DNA of 64,000 bases from an uncultured bacterium (GTDB taxonomy: Bacteria > Oederibacteriota > Oederibacteriia > Oederibacteriales > Oederibacteriaceae): the NCBI GenBank assembly GCA_965112635.1, contig OZ218778.1, positions 992,001 to 1,056,000 on the forward strand, in the 5' to 3' direction. Both the position numbers and the translations under genes were made by a program. How positions within the stretch are numbered: position 1 is the stretch's first letter; each line of letters opens with the position of its first letter. Of this stretch, positions 8,402 through 18,337 are shown piece by piece. A model generated the notes under the pieces. The model worked only from the letters and a program-made list of their open reading frames with translations, searched no databases and had not been told where the DNA came from.

Positions 8402-9182
8402 GCCTGCTCCTCTTTACGGTCCGCCAGTCCCCTTCTTCGAGGTCTTTATGGCCCGTCAACTGGATGAATATCTGCTCTAAACTGGCCTTGGGATTATGGA
8501 CCCTGCGGCGCAGCTGGGACAGGGTCCCGATGGCTGTGATCTTGCCTTTATGCATAATGGCGAAACGGGAGCTCAGTGCCTCCGCCTCCTCCATGTAATG
8601 GGTGGTCAGCAGGATGGTCATGCCATGGTCCCGTTGCAGCTCCTTGATATGCTTCCACAATATCTCGCGGGAAACGGGGTCCAGCCCCACGGTGGGCTCG
8701 TCCAAAAAAACCACCTGCGGCTGGTGCAGCACGGCCTGGCCTATTTCCAGCCGCCGGATCATGCCTCCCGAATAACGGGACACTGGCCTGTCCGCCGCCT
8801 CGGTCAGGTCCAGCATGTCCAGTATCTTGGGAATGCGCTCCTGCCGTTCGTCCGCGCTCAGCCCGAAGAATTTGCCGAAAAAGGAAAGGTTCTCCCGGCC
8901 GGTCAGGGTGCCGTCCACGGACACGGACTGGGGCACATAGCCAATGGACTCTCGCACCCGCGCGGGCTGCCGTTTGACAGAGAAACCGTTGATCTCCACC
9001 TCGCCACTATCAAAAGGAAGCAGGGTGGTCATGATCTTGATAGTAGTGGACTTGCCCGCGCCGTTGGGGCCCAGCAGGGCAAAGCTCTCGCCGTGCTGCA
9101 CGTCAAAATCTATGCCGTCCACGGCAACTACTTTGCCGTAATGCTTGACAAGTCCGCGTACTTTAATAATAGGTGTTGGCAT
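8379..9182 (-). CDS. ABC exporter ATP-binding protein (DrrA-like)
   Basis: GPNGAGKST, YSGGM, FLDEPTVGLDP and TTHYMEEAE. Confidence 0.92.
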   Translation of the reverse strand: MPTPIIKVRGLVKHYGKVVAVDGIDFDVQHGESFALLGPNGAGKSTTIKIMTTLLPFDSGEVEINGFSVKRQPARVRESIGYVPQSVSVDGTLTGRENLSFFGKFFGLSADERQERIPKILDMLDLTEAADRPVSRYSGGMIRRLEIGQAVLHQPQVVFLDEPTVGLDPVSREILWKHIKELQRDHGMTILLTTHYMEEAEALSSRFAIMHKGKITAIGTLSQLRRRVHNPKASLEQIFIQLTGHKDLEEGDWRTVKRSRRVANRLG

Positions 9183-9194
9183 GAAATCCTCACT

Positions 9195-9224
9195 GTCATT
9201 CTGAGCCCGTAGGGAGAAGAATCT
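9195..9224. repeat. REP-like short palindromic element
   Basis: GTCATTCTGAGCCCGTAGGGAGAAGAATCT resembles the GTCATTCTGAGC...GAAGAATCT class of intergenic palindromes. Confidence 0.45.
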
Positions 9225-9250
9225 CTCTTTTAATCTAAAACCTAAGCGTT

Positions 9251-9451
9251 CTAAACGGAATTTATTTTCTTTAACTTACCCCATCCATGATAGCAAAAAA
9301 TTGTCTTATCTAAACGCCTGATCACGCATTGGCCGCATTGGGGTTTTGCCCGGCAGACCGAGTTGCCATGATGGTCTATCAGGGCGTGGAACTCATTGTA
9401 CAGATAACTGATATCCGTTATATCAAAGCCAACTGTCTCTATTTCTGTCAT
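9251..9451 (-). pseudogene. C-terminal remnant of an endonuclease III / HhH-GPD-like gene
   Basis: LYNEFHALI..HG..VCR.KPQC.QC matches the C-terminus of EndoIII-related proteins; no HhH core upstream. Confidence 0.6.
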
Positions 9452-9555
9452 TATTTTACCTCGAAATTCGTCCGGTTAAAAAAATATCCTGTTCTTGTGA
9501 ATATTTTCCCCCTAAAATGAGACAAAGAATCCCGCTGGTCTGTTTAGGACACGGG

Positions 9556-9590
9556 CATACATGTTGATACAAATTGGTACATTATTGATA
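9556..9590 (+). promoter_or_regulatory. Direct-repeat box (10-bp period) upstream of the Spy/CpxP gene cluster
   Basis: CATACA-N4-GATACA-N4-GGTACA; the same motif recurs at 15155 and 18276. Confidence 0.55.
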
Positions 9591-9698
9591 AGTATTCCAC
9601 ACAGATTCCTTATAGAATTCAGGAACAGATAAAGCATTTGAGGAGGTGAATTAGATTAAAAAATTAACTGTAGAAAAAATCATCCATAGGGAGGGAAT

Positions 9699-10190
9699 AT
9701 GAAAGGTATCAAGGGTTTATTATTGATAGGGGTTTTAGTTTTAACCTTATTTTTATCAGCTGGATTTGTGTTGGCTCAACAAAACATTCCTGGCGACCAA
9801 GGTGGTAATGGTGAAAAGGGTAAGTGGGCAGATAAGCTAGGGCTGACCGCAGACCAACAAAGTAAGGTGGAGGCTTTACAAAAAGATATACAGGGAAAAA
9901 TGAAACCTCTGAGAGATAGTGATATGGACCTTCTAAATCAATTAAAAGTGTTAGTTGATAGTACAGGTAGTGATAGTGATATCAACGGTGTGCTGGATAA
10001 ACTGGCCAGCAATAAAACACAAGAGCAGGATTTGGAAAAACAGCGTTCTGATGGAATGAAACAGATATTAACTCCCATTCAGCAGGCTAAAATGGTTTTG
10101 GGAATGGCCAAGAGAAAATTGGATGAGATGAAAAAACAGAAAGATAAAGATGATAGTGCCGGCAATAAAGACCAAGGTGAAAATAAGTAA
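9699..10190 (+). CDS. Spy/CpxP-family periplasmic chaperone
   Basis: Signal peptide, two LTxxQ motifs (LGLTADQQ, ILTPIQQ), helical. Confidence 0.8.
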   Translation: MKGIKGLLLIGVLVLTLFLSAGFVLAQQNIPGDQGGNGEKGKWADKLGLTADQQSKVEALQKDIQGKMKPLRDSDMDLLNQLKVLVDSTGSDSDINGVLDKLASNKTQEQDLEKQRSDGMKQILTPIQQAKMVLGMAKRKLDEMKKQKDKDDSAGNKDQGENK

Positions 10191-10262
10191 AAGGTTTTTA
10201 AGCAAATATAAATATTAATATTTAATAGAATTTATATTCAAACAGATCAAGCATTAAAGGAG

Positions 10263-10475
10263 GTGAATGACATGAAAAAACTTATCTCAGCATTTCTTGG
10301 GCTGTCTCTTCTTTTTGGTAGTCTAACTTTAGTATCAGCACAGACTTCCGCTCCCACAGCTCCTGTTTCCAAGGTTCAAAAAGTTAAAAACCATAAGAAA
10401 CAGAACTGTAAAAAGGGTTCTAAGAAGAGCTGTAACAAAGGAGCAAAAAATGGAGTAACACCTACAGCAAAATAA
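10263..10475 (+). CDS. Small secreted Lys-rich protein
   Basis: GGAGG RBS, signal peptide ending VSA, basic mature region. Confidence 0.65.
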   Translation: MNDMKKLISAFLGLSLLFGSLTLVSAQTSAPTAPVSKVQKVKNHKKQNCKKGSKKSCNKGAKNGVTPTAK

Positions 10476-10518
10476 CCATTGATGCTGGAAATATAGCAAC
10501 TAAGAAAGGAGAGCGTTT

Positions 10519-10905
10519 ATGGTAGCGATGAAGTGCTTAGGTTTCATGTCATTTGTTCCAGCCACATTGTTAGTGACTGTCAGTTTTTTTGTACTGATTG
10601 TCTTGAAAAAAGCTGACACCCAATGGCTCAGAATATTTGGTTACTGTGTGGCGGTCTTGCTCTGGATAGCAGCCGTGCTGGTTTTCACGGCTGGGATTTT
10701 CCACTCAGGCTGTGGTTTCAACCATCACCGGCAGGGGATGCAATGGCAGGGCGGGGATCAGAGGCACGGACGATTTATGGACTGGCAGCACAATGGCGGA
10801 AATTGGGATAAACAGAAACATCAATGGATAATGGATAATAAAGAAGGCAATGAACAAGGCAGTGAGCAAGGAAAGGAAGATGTAAAAGGCAAAGGGAAAA
10901 AGTAA
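10519..10905 (+). CDS. Two-TM membrane protein with a hydrophilic tail
   Basis: PAT.L.TVSFFVL and FGY..AVLLW TM pair. Confidence 0.7.
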   Translation: MVAMKCLGFMSFVPATLLVTVSFFVLIVLKKADTQWLRIFGYCVAVLLWIAAVLVFTAGIFHSGCGFNHHRQGMQWQGGDQRHGRFMDWQHNGGNWDKQKHQWIMDNKEGNEQGSEQGKEDVKGKGKK

Positions 10906-10921
10906 GGATTAATGTGTGAAT

Positions 10922-10960
10922 AGGTAGCCCCTATCCTTTTGGGGTGGGGGTTGCCTTTTC
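10922..10960 (+). terminator. Intrinsic terminator
   Basis: AGGTAGCCCCTATCC-TTTT-GGGGTGGGGGTTGCCT followed by T's; implies the next ORF starts later than 10939. Confidence 0.65.
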
Positions 10961-11760
10961 TTCAAGGGGTGTGGAAAATTAAAAATTTCATTCTCCTTTT
11001 ATTCATTCTGGTTTGTATCCTAATCCCGTCCCTTATTATCACTAATAATTCGTTCGCCGAGGCAAAAGACTCCTTTTATTTAGGCCTGAACTGGGGTTCT
11101 AAATTAAGTTCTGATTCTAATCTAAGTCAATATGCTGTCCCTGATACCAGCGGCTCGGATTCAAATTATTTAACTGACCTAAAAATTGGTTATCAATTTT
11201 CTAATCCTTTTGGATTGGAACTAGGTGCGGAAATTGGACCAACTGGCAGTTTTAGCGGTAGTGATGCAGGCGGGCCTGTTTCTTCTTCTGAAAGAATTTC
11301 CACCGTATTTCTTATGCCGACCTTTAGACTTCCAATACAGGATAATGTGTTTGCCGGAATCTTGATCAACACTTTTGGGTTCCGTCTGGGAGAATCATTT
11401 TTGCGGGATAATATTTCGATTCCTGGTGGTTCAGCAGGAGCAGTTTCTCTCAATGGCAACACAGAGGACTTTAATTTTGGTCTAGTTTATCGGCTGGAAC
11501 AATTTATAGTTGGTCATTTTAGTCTTGGTTTTGAGTTATCATATGATTTTAATAAGTTCAATGGTTTGAATATCAGTAATGTTTCTGGCAGTGGAACCAA
11601 TATTATTGCGCAAACACCCCAAGCTGATTTGTCAGGGCTATCACTAAAAATATCTTTAACCTATTGGTTTTCCTTACCTTTTGATTTGGATAAGTCAAAC
11701 TCGAAACATGATGATTTTAAATGGTGGAACCCCAAAAAATTCTTTAACTGGAACTTCTAA
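10939..11760 (+). CDS. Outer-membrane beta-barrel protein
   Basis: Signal peptide, KIGYQF, LGFELSYDF and DLSGLSLKISLTYWF (C-terminal strand similar to 5260..5991); true start probably near 10969-10990. Confidence 0.65.
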   Translation: MGWGLPFLQGVWKIKNFILLLFILVCILIPSLIITNNSFAEAKDSFYLGLNWGSKLSSDSNLSQYAVPDTSGSDSNYLTDLKIGYQFSNPFGLELGAEIGPTGSFSGSDAGGPVSSSERISTVFLMPTFRLPIQDNVFAGILINTFGFRLGESFLRDNISIPGGSAGAVSLNGNTEDFNFGLVYRLEQFIVGHFSLGFELSYDFNKFNGLNISNVSGSGTNIIAQTPQADLSGLSLKISLTYWFSLPFDLDKSNSKHDDFKWWNPKKFFNWNF

Positions 11761-12809
11761 TTTCTATTGGGCAAAACTACTATATAAAAACTTGGGGATA
11801 AAACGGTCGGTTGATTTCAAGAGTGAGATGGAATGGGCAAGATGATAAATCAAAATATATTTACTTTGCATCTAAAGAATGATCTTAAAATATTGGCGAT
11901 ATTTTTCATGGGAATTTTCTTCATGCCAAGGAGTGTTTGTGCTTTAGGTACTGCTACGGTTTCCAGCTCTGACATCTTTCTTTATTCCGATGACTATTTT
12001 CCAAACCTATATCTGGATACTTCGAGTACCTACAGCCCTGCCAATGCCGATTTTATCTATAGAAGCAATCAAGGCTGTGAGGATGATTACGGCCTTAATA
12101 TTAGTGATGCCTGGTCCAGCAACATCGTCCTCAACGTTGACGGGACAGTGACCGGTGCTTCCTATGACTTTCCAATCGTTTCTAATATGACCGCGACCGG
12201 CTCCGGCCTCGGTGCTAGTCTGGACACTGTGCTCTTAGGTGGCCAAAGCTCCCCAAGCAGCGACATTCAGGTCAGTCTGCATTACGAGATCGTCGCCAAC
12301 CCGCAAACCGGAGCAGGACCAGATACGGCCATGATCAGGATCACGCTAAAGAATAACGGAAGCGTTTCCCACAATGTCGGGTTGCGGTTTGAGGCCGACA
12401 CTTTGGTCAACGGGAATGATGGGGCCAATATCTCGGTCAATAACGGCGGCTCCGTCATCTCGACCAACACGATATGGAGAGCGAACTCCGGTGGAATTCC
12501 CGCGAACTGGTGGGATTATGATATCCCTCCCCCTGGGACGCCGAACCTGATCGGCCGGGGGTCTATTTTGGGGAATCCCTTTGGCGTGGCGGCCACGCCT
12601 CCGGACGCCTTGGAAGTGGCTCTCTGGGATGATACCAACGGGGAAACTCAATGGACCACAGCAGCGCCGGGGCATACCATCACAGATAGTTCCGTTGTTT
12701 TCTGGTGGACCGGAAGCGGGTCGGAAAGTTCGGTAAACCAGGCGCTGGCGCCGGGCAGTAGCAAAAGTTTTGTCACCTATTACGGCATCAATCAGGGAGC
12801 TCTTTTGTC

Positions 12810-13300
12810 AACACCCACGGTCACCTCCACCCCGACAAGATCTGCAACCGCGACGCCAACCATAACTGCCAGCGTGACCGCGACCCAGACCTATACACCT
12901 TATACCTCTACCTATACCATTACCACCAGCCAGACATTCACCCTGACCGAAACTCCTATTCCCTCTAACACCCTGACCCTAACTTCAAGTCTGACTTTTA
13001 CACCGTCCTTTACCGAAACCAAGACGCAGACAGTGACCCTGACCCCTACCTCCAGCCTGACTTATACAACGTCATTTACCCAGACTCAGACACAGACAGT
13101 GACTCTGACCCTTACCTCCAGCCTGACTTTTACGCCTTCGTCTACACCAAGCGAGACCTATACCTCTACCTACACCTTGACCTCTAGCCAGACATTAACT
13201 TCATCCCAAACTCTTACTCCCTCAAAGACCCTGACAGCTTCATTCACACTAACTTCCAGTCCGACCTCTAGCGCTACTCCCACCTGCACTCCTACTCCTT
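12810..13300 (+). repeat. Thr/Ser-rich linker with degenerate tandem repeats
   Basis: Repeated TVTLTxTSSLT(F/Y)TxSFT units (~66-bp period) and TLT(S/P)S(Q/K) units. Confidence 0.75.
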
Positions 13301-13358
13301 ATGGGCTTTTGCAGATATTGGAACATATTCCCTATCCCAATCCCAGCGGACCTGAAGG

Positions 13359-14793
13359 GGTTGTGTACCATTCCTGGGTGTAACTTCAACGAGGGGAAAG
13401 GCAAGGTTAGATTGCAGCAATCTAACCTTGCGGCCCCAAAAATAAGTCCACGGGCGTAGACTAGGTGATTGTCTAGGTCACCAAACCCAAACTAAAAGGA
13501 GGTCTACACCCGTGAAGTCATTATCCCAAAGAATTGAGATTTATACGAACCAGAAAATCAGAGAAAAAGTCAGGAAGATCGCTCAGCCCGGTGTCGCTCT
13601 GGAAGTAATTGGCCAGGAGGTCAATGCCATCATTGCCCAGGCTTTAGATATTCAACTGGAGGCTGAAAGGGACGAGTTTTTGGGCCGTCAGCCTTATGAA
13701 CGCCTTGAAAACAGCCCTAAAAGAAACGGTTTTAAATCCACCTCTGTCCCCGGCTTTTTTGGCAGACTTTTTCTGCACAAACCAGCTCTACGCCAGGGGT
13801 CCCTTCACTCGCCCTTGCTTACCGCCCTCAAACAAGCTGGAAAAGGCCTGGCTTCCTTCCTCGCCATCCGCTTCTGGCTCAAAGGCGCTGCCACTCGCTC
13901 TACCGCCGCTGAGATAAATGCCGCTTTGGGCACAAAGCTCTCTCACTCCACCGTCTCCACTCTCACCAACGCCTTGGAGCCAGCCATCCGTCAGTGGATG
14001 AATCGTCCCATTCCTCCCAACATCACCTACCTGCTCCTGGACGCCGCCTACCTGCCTGTCAGAAGACCTGGTTTTACCTCCAAACAAGCTCTATTGCTCG
14101 CCCTAGGCATGGATTCCTTTGGCAATCGCCATGTCCTGGGTTTCCTTCTCGGCGATAGAGAGTCCTTGGACTCCTGGCAGGCTTTTATCAATGACCTCCT
14201 CAAAAGAGGCCTTAACCGCAACACCCTCAGGCTCGTCATCTCCGATGAACACAAGGCCATTGAGCAGGCCGTCAAAAACCTCCTGGCTGTCCCTCACCAG
14301 CTCTGCCTGGTCCACAAGATCCGAAACCTCAGAGCCATTATGCCTCGCCGTGACTGGGGTGCCTTCCTTAACGATTTCAAAGCTATCTATTGGGCCGATT
14401 CCCGCAAACTGGCTCTCCAGGCCTTTGGCCGCCTCCAAGCTCGCTGGATGAAACTCTATCCTAGAGCTACGGCTATGGCTCTCGATAGGTTCGACAACCT
14501 CACCACCTTCATGAACGAACCCCAGCATGTCTGGCGCACTCTCCGCTCCAGCAATCTCATCGAACGCTTTATCGCCGAGATCAAACGGCGCACCCGTGCT
14601 GCCGGCACCATGCACTCCGAATTGGAGGTCGCTAAGATCGTCTGGTCTGTTTCTACCACTCAGGAAGATAATTGGTCTAAAAGAAAACTCTGGAAATCTC
14701 AAGGAGGTGATCTGGTTCAGGAAGGCTTGCTAAATGTTGCTTAACCTACTACCCGTGGACTTAACAACTTACACCCGAAAACTTGACATAATC
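13359..14793 (+). mobile_element. IS256-family insertion sequence, copy 1 (1435 bp)
   Basis: Imperfect terminal IRs (GGTTGTGTACCATTCCTGGGTGTAA / rc GATTATGTCAAGTTTTCGGGTGTAA); 8-bp TSD CCTGAAGG at 13351..13358 and 14794..14801. Confidence 0.93.
13512..14744 (+). CDS. IS256 (Mutator-type) DDE transposase
   Basis: RNG, YLLLDA, LVISDEH, QLCLVHKIRN and SSNLIERF motifs. Confidence 0.93.
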   Translation: MKSLSQRIEIYTNQKIREKVRKIAQPGVALEVIGQEVNAIIAQALDIQLEAERDEFLGRQPYERLENSPKRNGFKSTSVPGFFGRLFLHKPALRQGSLHSPLLTALKQAGKGLASFLAIRFWLKGAATRSTAAEINAALGTKLSHSTVSTLTNALEPAIRQWMNRPIPPNITYLLLDAAYLPVRRPGFTSKQALLLALGMDSFGNRHVLGFLLGDRESLDSWQAFINDLLKRGLNRNTLRLVISDEHKAIEQAVKNLLAVPHQLCLVHKIRNLRAIMPRRDWGAFLNDFKAIYWADSRKLALQAFGRLQARWMKLYPRATAMALDRFDNLTTFMNEPQHVWRTLRSSNLIERFIAEIKRRTRAAGTMHSELEVAKIVWSVSTTQEDNWSKRKLWKSQGGDLVQEGLLNVA

Positions 14794-15154
14794 CCTGAAG
14801 GCACCATGAAATTTTACGTCCTAATAAACGATATCCCGGACTGGGTGACTTTTAAGATCTACACCACATCCTTCAGGTTGGTTAAAATTCTTTTAGTGGA
14901 GAGTCTGCAAAACAGCGGATTGATGCAGTTGTTCTATGACAGGGGATTGCTGAATTACAGGTTTGACATACCTTACGATATTAAGGATTGGTACGGGAAA
15001 CCCTTGGCAAATGGTTTATATTACTACGCTTTAGATGCAAGTAAAACATATGCCACCAAATCAAATGTACTCTATAGGGTTATCGGAAAGTTCGTGGTAC
15101 GGAGATGAGGTGGATTGTAATTCTTCAATGCTAATAAATTAGGCTAATTGTTTT

Positions 15155-15189
15155 AATACAAATTGGTACAAACTGATACAAAAGGGACA
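15155..15189 (+). promoter_or_regulatory. Direct-repeat box (10-bp period) upstream of the GT-C gene
   Basis: AATACA-N4-GGTACA-N4-GATACA. Confidence 0.55.
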
Positions 15190-15241
15190 ATCATTAAAGT
15201 TTGGATAATTGTAGAATTAAATTACTTTTTGTAGAAGGGTA

Positions 15242-17377
15242 ATGAGTTTGATGGTTACAGAAACACCCATAACAACTTTAAAAGCTGAAGAACCACGCTC
15301 AACCTTTTCCCAAAGCCACTGGGAGTGGTTTGGGCTGGCCATGATCGTTCTTGTAGCAGCCGGTATGCGCTTATGGAAGCTTGGCCAGAATAGCTTTGGC
15401 AACACTTACTACTCCGCGGCCGTGCGCAGCATGTCTCAAAGCTGGCACAATTTTTTTTTCGCTTCCTTTGACCCGGCGGGATATGTGACTGTGGACAAAC
15501 CTCCTGTGGCGCTATGGGTGCAGGTGGCCAGTGTTAAGCTTTTCGGCTACAGCAGCTTTATCGTCCTTTTGCCGCAGGTTCTAGAGGGATTGCTTTCCGT
15601 GGTATTGGTGTACTACCTGGTTCGCCGCCGTTTCGACACCTGGGCAGCTCTTCTGGCCGGCTTGGCCATGGCCGTCGCACCTATTTGCGTGGCCATTGAC
15701 CGTTATAACAATGTGGATAGTTGTCTGGTGACCGTATTAATGCTGGCGGCGTGGGCGGTCAGCCTTGCCGCGGAGACCGGCAGCCTGAAGCTTTTACTGC
15801 TGGCCCTGGGGCTGGTGGGTGTAGGTTTTAATGTCAAGATGATGGCCGCGTTTGTCGTACTTCCTGTTTTTTATATATTGTATTTTACTGGAGCGCCTGT
15901 TACTTGGAAAAAACGGTTGATGGATCTGACCCTGGCTTCTGTTGTCTTGGTCACAGTAGCCTTGTCCTGGCCCTTGTTTGTGGACTTGACCCCGCCTGAC
16001 CTACGGCCGTTTGTCGGAAGCACCCAGGATAACTCCATGATAAGTCTGTCCCTTGGCTGGAACGGTTTTCAGAGACTGTTGTCCCGGCGCCGCGGCAATC
16101 TGGCAGGTCTTGAAGAGGAACGGGTCATCTCTCCGGTGCCCAGGTCGACCCCTGCTGCCCAGGGATTCCGAAATTCCGGCAACCGCAATTTTAATAGGCG
16201 GGGCGAATTTATGGGATCCGGAACTCCAGGCCCGCTCCGGCTCGTTGAAAGACAAATGGCCGGACAAATATTATGGTTCTTTCCCCTTGCTTTGGTTGGA
16301 TTCCTAGTGGCATTACCGCAGACACGCCAGACTTGGCCTCTCTCGCCAGCGCATCAGGCTCTGTTGTTATGGGCCGGGTGGTTCCTTACTTACGCGCTCG
16401 TGTTCAGCTTTATGCGCGGGGCCATGCACACCTATTATCTGGTCATGCTCGCTCCGCCGTTGTCCGCTCTGGCTGGTATTGGCACCAGGTCCATCTGGCT
16501 TTCTTTCAAGAATAGTCGCTGGCTCTTGATGCCGCTCTCTCTCTTATTGACCGCAGTCTGGCAGGTGTATATTTTAATCCAATATCCGTCCTGGATGGTT
16601 TGGCTGCTACCTATACTGGTCGCGGGAACCGGCATCGCCGTAGTCTGTATGATAAGGCAGTGCCTCCTGGTCAGGAAGCAAGGCTCCAGCCGTTCCCTGT
16701 GCCCTGCCCTTTCCGTGGGACTCATCACTTTGTTCCTCTGTCCTGTGGCCTGGTCATTGACCCCGCTCCTGGCTAAACATGCCTCTCCGGAAGCCAACCC
16801 CGATCTGCTGGCCCAGAACCAGCCGCAGAATGCTCCTGGCTTTGGCTTTGGCAGTACGGAAATGAACAATGAAAAATTGGTGGCCTTTCTGCAGGCCAAC
16901 CGGCATGGGGAAAAATATATCATGGCGGCCCAGAGCGTCCAGCCGGTCGCTCCGATCATCATAAAAACCGGGGAACCGGCGGTATCGCTTGGCGGCTTTA
17001 TGGGAGGGGATCCTGTGGTCACGCTGGAACAGTTCATCCAGATGATCAAAAACCAACAACTCCGCTATATGATGCTTTCGGGTTTTGATCGCAGCAATAG
17101 GCCGGGCAACCAATATACCGCCCAGCCCCGTCCTAACGGCCAGAACAACTGGGGTTATGGAATGCCGAATGGTTACGGCGTGGATATTTCCAACTGGGTG
17201 AGAAAACACGGCAAACCGGTCAACCCCAAACTATGGCGGTCAGGGGAAGAAAATGCCAGGATCGCCGCTCTCATGGAAAAAGAACCTTTAAATGCCTCAA
17301 ATCCGTTCTTTGGGTCTCGGGGCGGGCGCCGGGGTGGAGGCACGCAACTTTATGACCTGGCGGGTGCCAGACCGTGA
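15242..17377 (+). CDS. GT-C fold membrane glycosyltransferase (PMT_2/GT39-like, YkcB/YycA type)
   Basis: N.YYSAAVRSM.QSWHNFFF.SFDP.G.VTVDKPP, GFNVKM, RPFVGS and GGF.G.DP motifs. Confidence 0.88.
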   Translation: MSLMVTETPITTLKAEEPRSTFSQSHWEWFGLAMIVLVAAGMRLWKLGQNSFGNTYYSAAVRSMSQSWHNFFFASFDPAGYVTVDKPPVALWVQVASVKLFGYSSFIVLLPQVLEGLLSVVLVYYLVRRRFDTWAALLAGLAMAVAPICVAIDRYNNVDSCLVTVLMLAAWAVSLAAETGSLKLLLLALGLVGVGFNVKMMAAFVVLPVFYILYFTGAPVTWKKRLMDLTLASVVLVTVALSWPLFVDLTPPDLRPFVGSTQDNSMISLSLGWNGFQRLLSRRRGNLAGLEEERVISPVPRSTPAAQGFRNSGNRNFNRRGEFMGSGTPGPLRLVERQMAGQILWFFPLALVGFLVALPQTRQTWPLSPAHQALLLWAGWFLTYALVFSFMRGAMHTYYLVMLAPPLSALAGIGTRSIWLSFKNSRWLLMPLSLLLTAVWQVYILIQYPSWMVWLLPILVAGTGIAVVCMIRQCLLVRKQGSSRSLCPALSVGLITLFLCPVAWSLTPLLAKHASPEANPDLLAQNQPQNAPGFGFGSTEMNNEKLVAFLQANRHGEKYIMAAQSVQPVAPIIIKTGEPAVSLGGFMGGDPVVTLEQFIQMIKNQQLRYMMLSGFDRSNRPGNQYTAQPRPNGQNNWGYGMPNGYGVDISNWVRKHGKPVNPKLWRSGEENARIAALMEKEPLNASNPFFGSRGGRRGGGTQLYDLAGARP

Positions 17378-17417
17378 CTTTCCCAGAATGAAATATAAAA
17401 GCAAAGGAAAATAATTA

Positions 17418-18266
17418 ATGCAGTTAAAAAAAATTGTTCAACTTACCTCTTTATTTTTTTTATGCGCTTTTTACGCCGGTTGCGGCGGAATGGAAATCCG
17501 CAGCCAACGGCCTCAGCAGGAACTTAACCTCGATGGTAAAGACGGGGCCTGGGCCAAAGTGGACGGCCGTGAAGAAAATGACCTGACTATCAAGAGCGCG
17601 AACGACGATAAATTTTTGTATCTCTACCTATCCACGATAGCCTGGCGGGTAAAAACCCAGCTCCTGGGAGCATACCGGCAGAGCTTGACGGTTTGGTTTG
17701 ACCCGGATAACCAGGGGAAGAAGGCCAAAGGACTCCGTATCACCTTCCAGCCTCCTCTGGAAACTCCCTTTCCCAAGACCGACGAGGAAGAACGGCATTA
17801 TCTGGCTTCGTCTACGCGCACTGCCGAGGTATTGTGGATCGATGAAACCACTTACTCCAGCCCCCTTTCTTCTGGATCCGGGGAAACGGTCCTAGCTACG
17901 GGACTGGACCGTGGCGAGCTAGTCTATGAATTGAAAGTGCCGCTCCAGGCCGGGCATGACCATGCGTTTGCCGTGAATTCCCGGCCAGGAGGCACTCTCG
18001 GTGTGATCCTGGAAACCTCCCCGATTGATCCTAACTCCCAGCATCAGCAGGAAACGCACCATCAGCCAACAGCGGGCGGAGGAGGATATGGAGGAGAAGG
18101 TTCAGGAGGAGTTGGTTTTGGAGGTAGTGGTGGAGGTTCGGGAGGTGGTGGCGGCAGGGGTGGTCATGGAGGCAGACACGGGGGAGGCAAGGGCGGCGGT
18201 AAGGGCGGAGCATCACCTCTACCTGATCCCTTTGTAATTCATTTTTCCCTGAAACTGAACCCATAA
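17418..18266 (+). CDS. Putative lipoprotein with Gly-rich tail
   Basis: Lipobox-like YAGC, NDDKFLYL and YELKVPL (carbohydrate-binding-like beta fold), Gly-rich C-terminus. Confidence 0.65.
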   Translation: MQLKKIVQLTSLFFLCAFYAGCGGMEIRSQRPQQELNLDGKDGAWAKVDGREENDLTIKSANDDKFLYLYLSTIAWRVKTQLLGAYRQSLTVWFDPDNQGKKAKGLRITFQPPLETPFPKTDEEERHYLASSTRTAEVLWIDETTYSSPLSSGSGETVLATGLDRGELVYELKVPLQAGHDHAFAVNSRPGGTLGVILETSPIDPNSQHQQETHHQPTAGGGGYGGEGSGGVGFGGSGGGSGGGGGRGGHGGRHGGGKGGGKGGASPLPDPFVIHFSLKLNP

Positions 18267-18337
18267 AATCATCACGATACAATATGATACAAAATTTTTA
18301 ATGCTTTAAACGATTTAAGTACTAAAATTAAAGACAG

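Larger units (their letters stand above)
11833..15108 (+). pseudogene. Secreted Thr-rich surface protein with FlgD/T9SS-like C-terminal domain, split by IS256
   Basis: Removing the IS and one TSD joins ...PYPNPSGPEG to TMKFYV...FKIYTTSFRLVK...LANGLYYY...KFVVRR in frame. Confidence 0.85.

Noticed and set aside
12810-13300. CRISPR-like array
   Set aside because: In-frame coding repeats with no unique spacers and no cas genes.
14734-15108. Stand-alone 124-aa gene
   Set aside because: Its start lies inside the IS end; it is the severed C-terminus of the 11833 gene.
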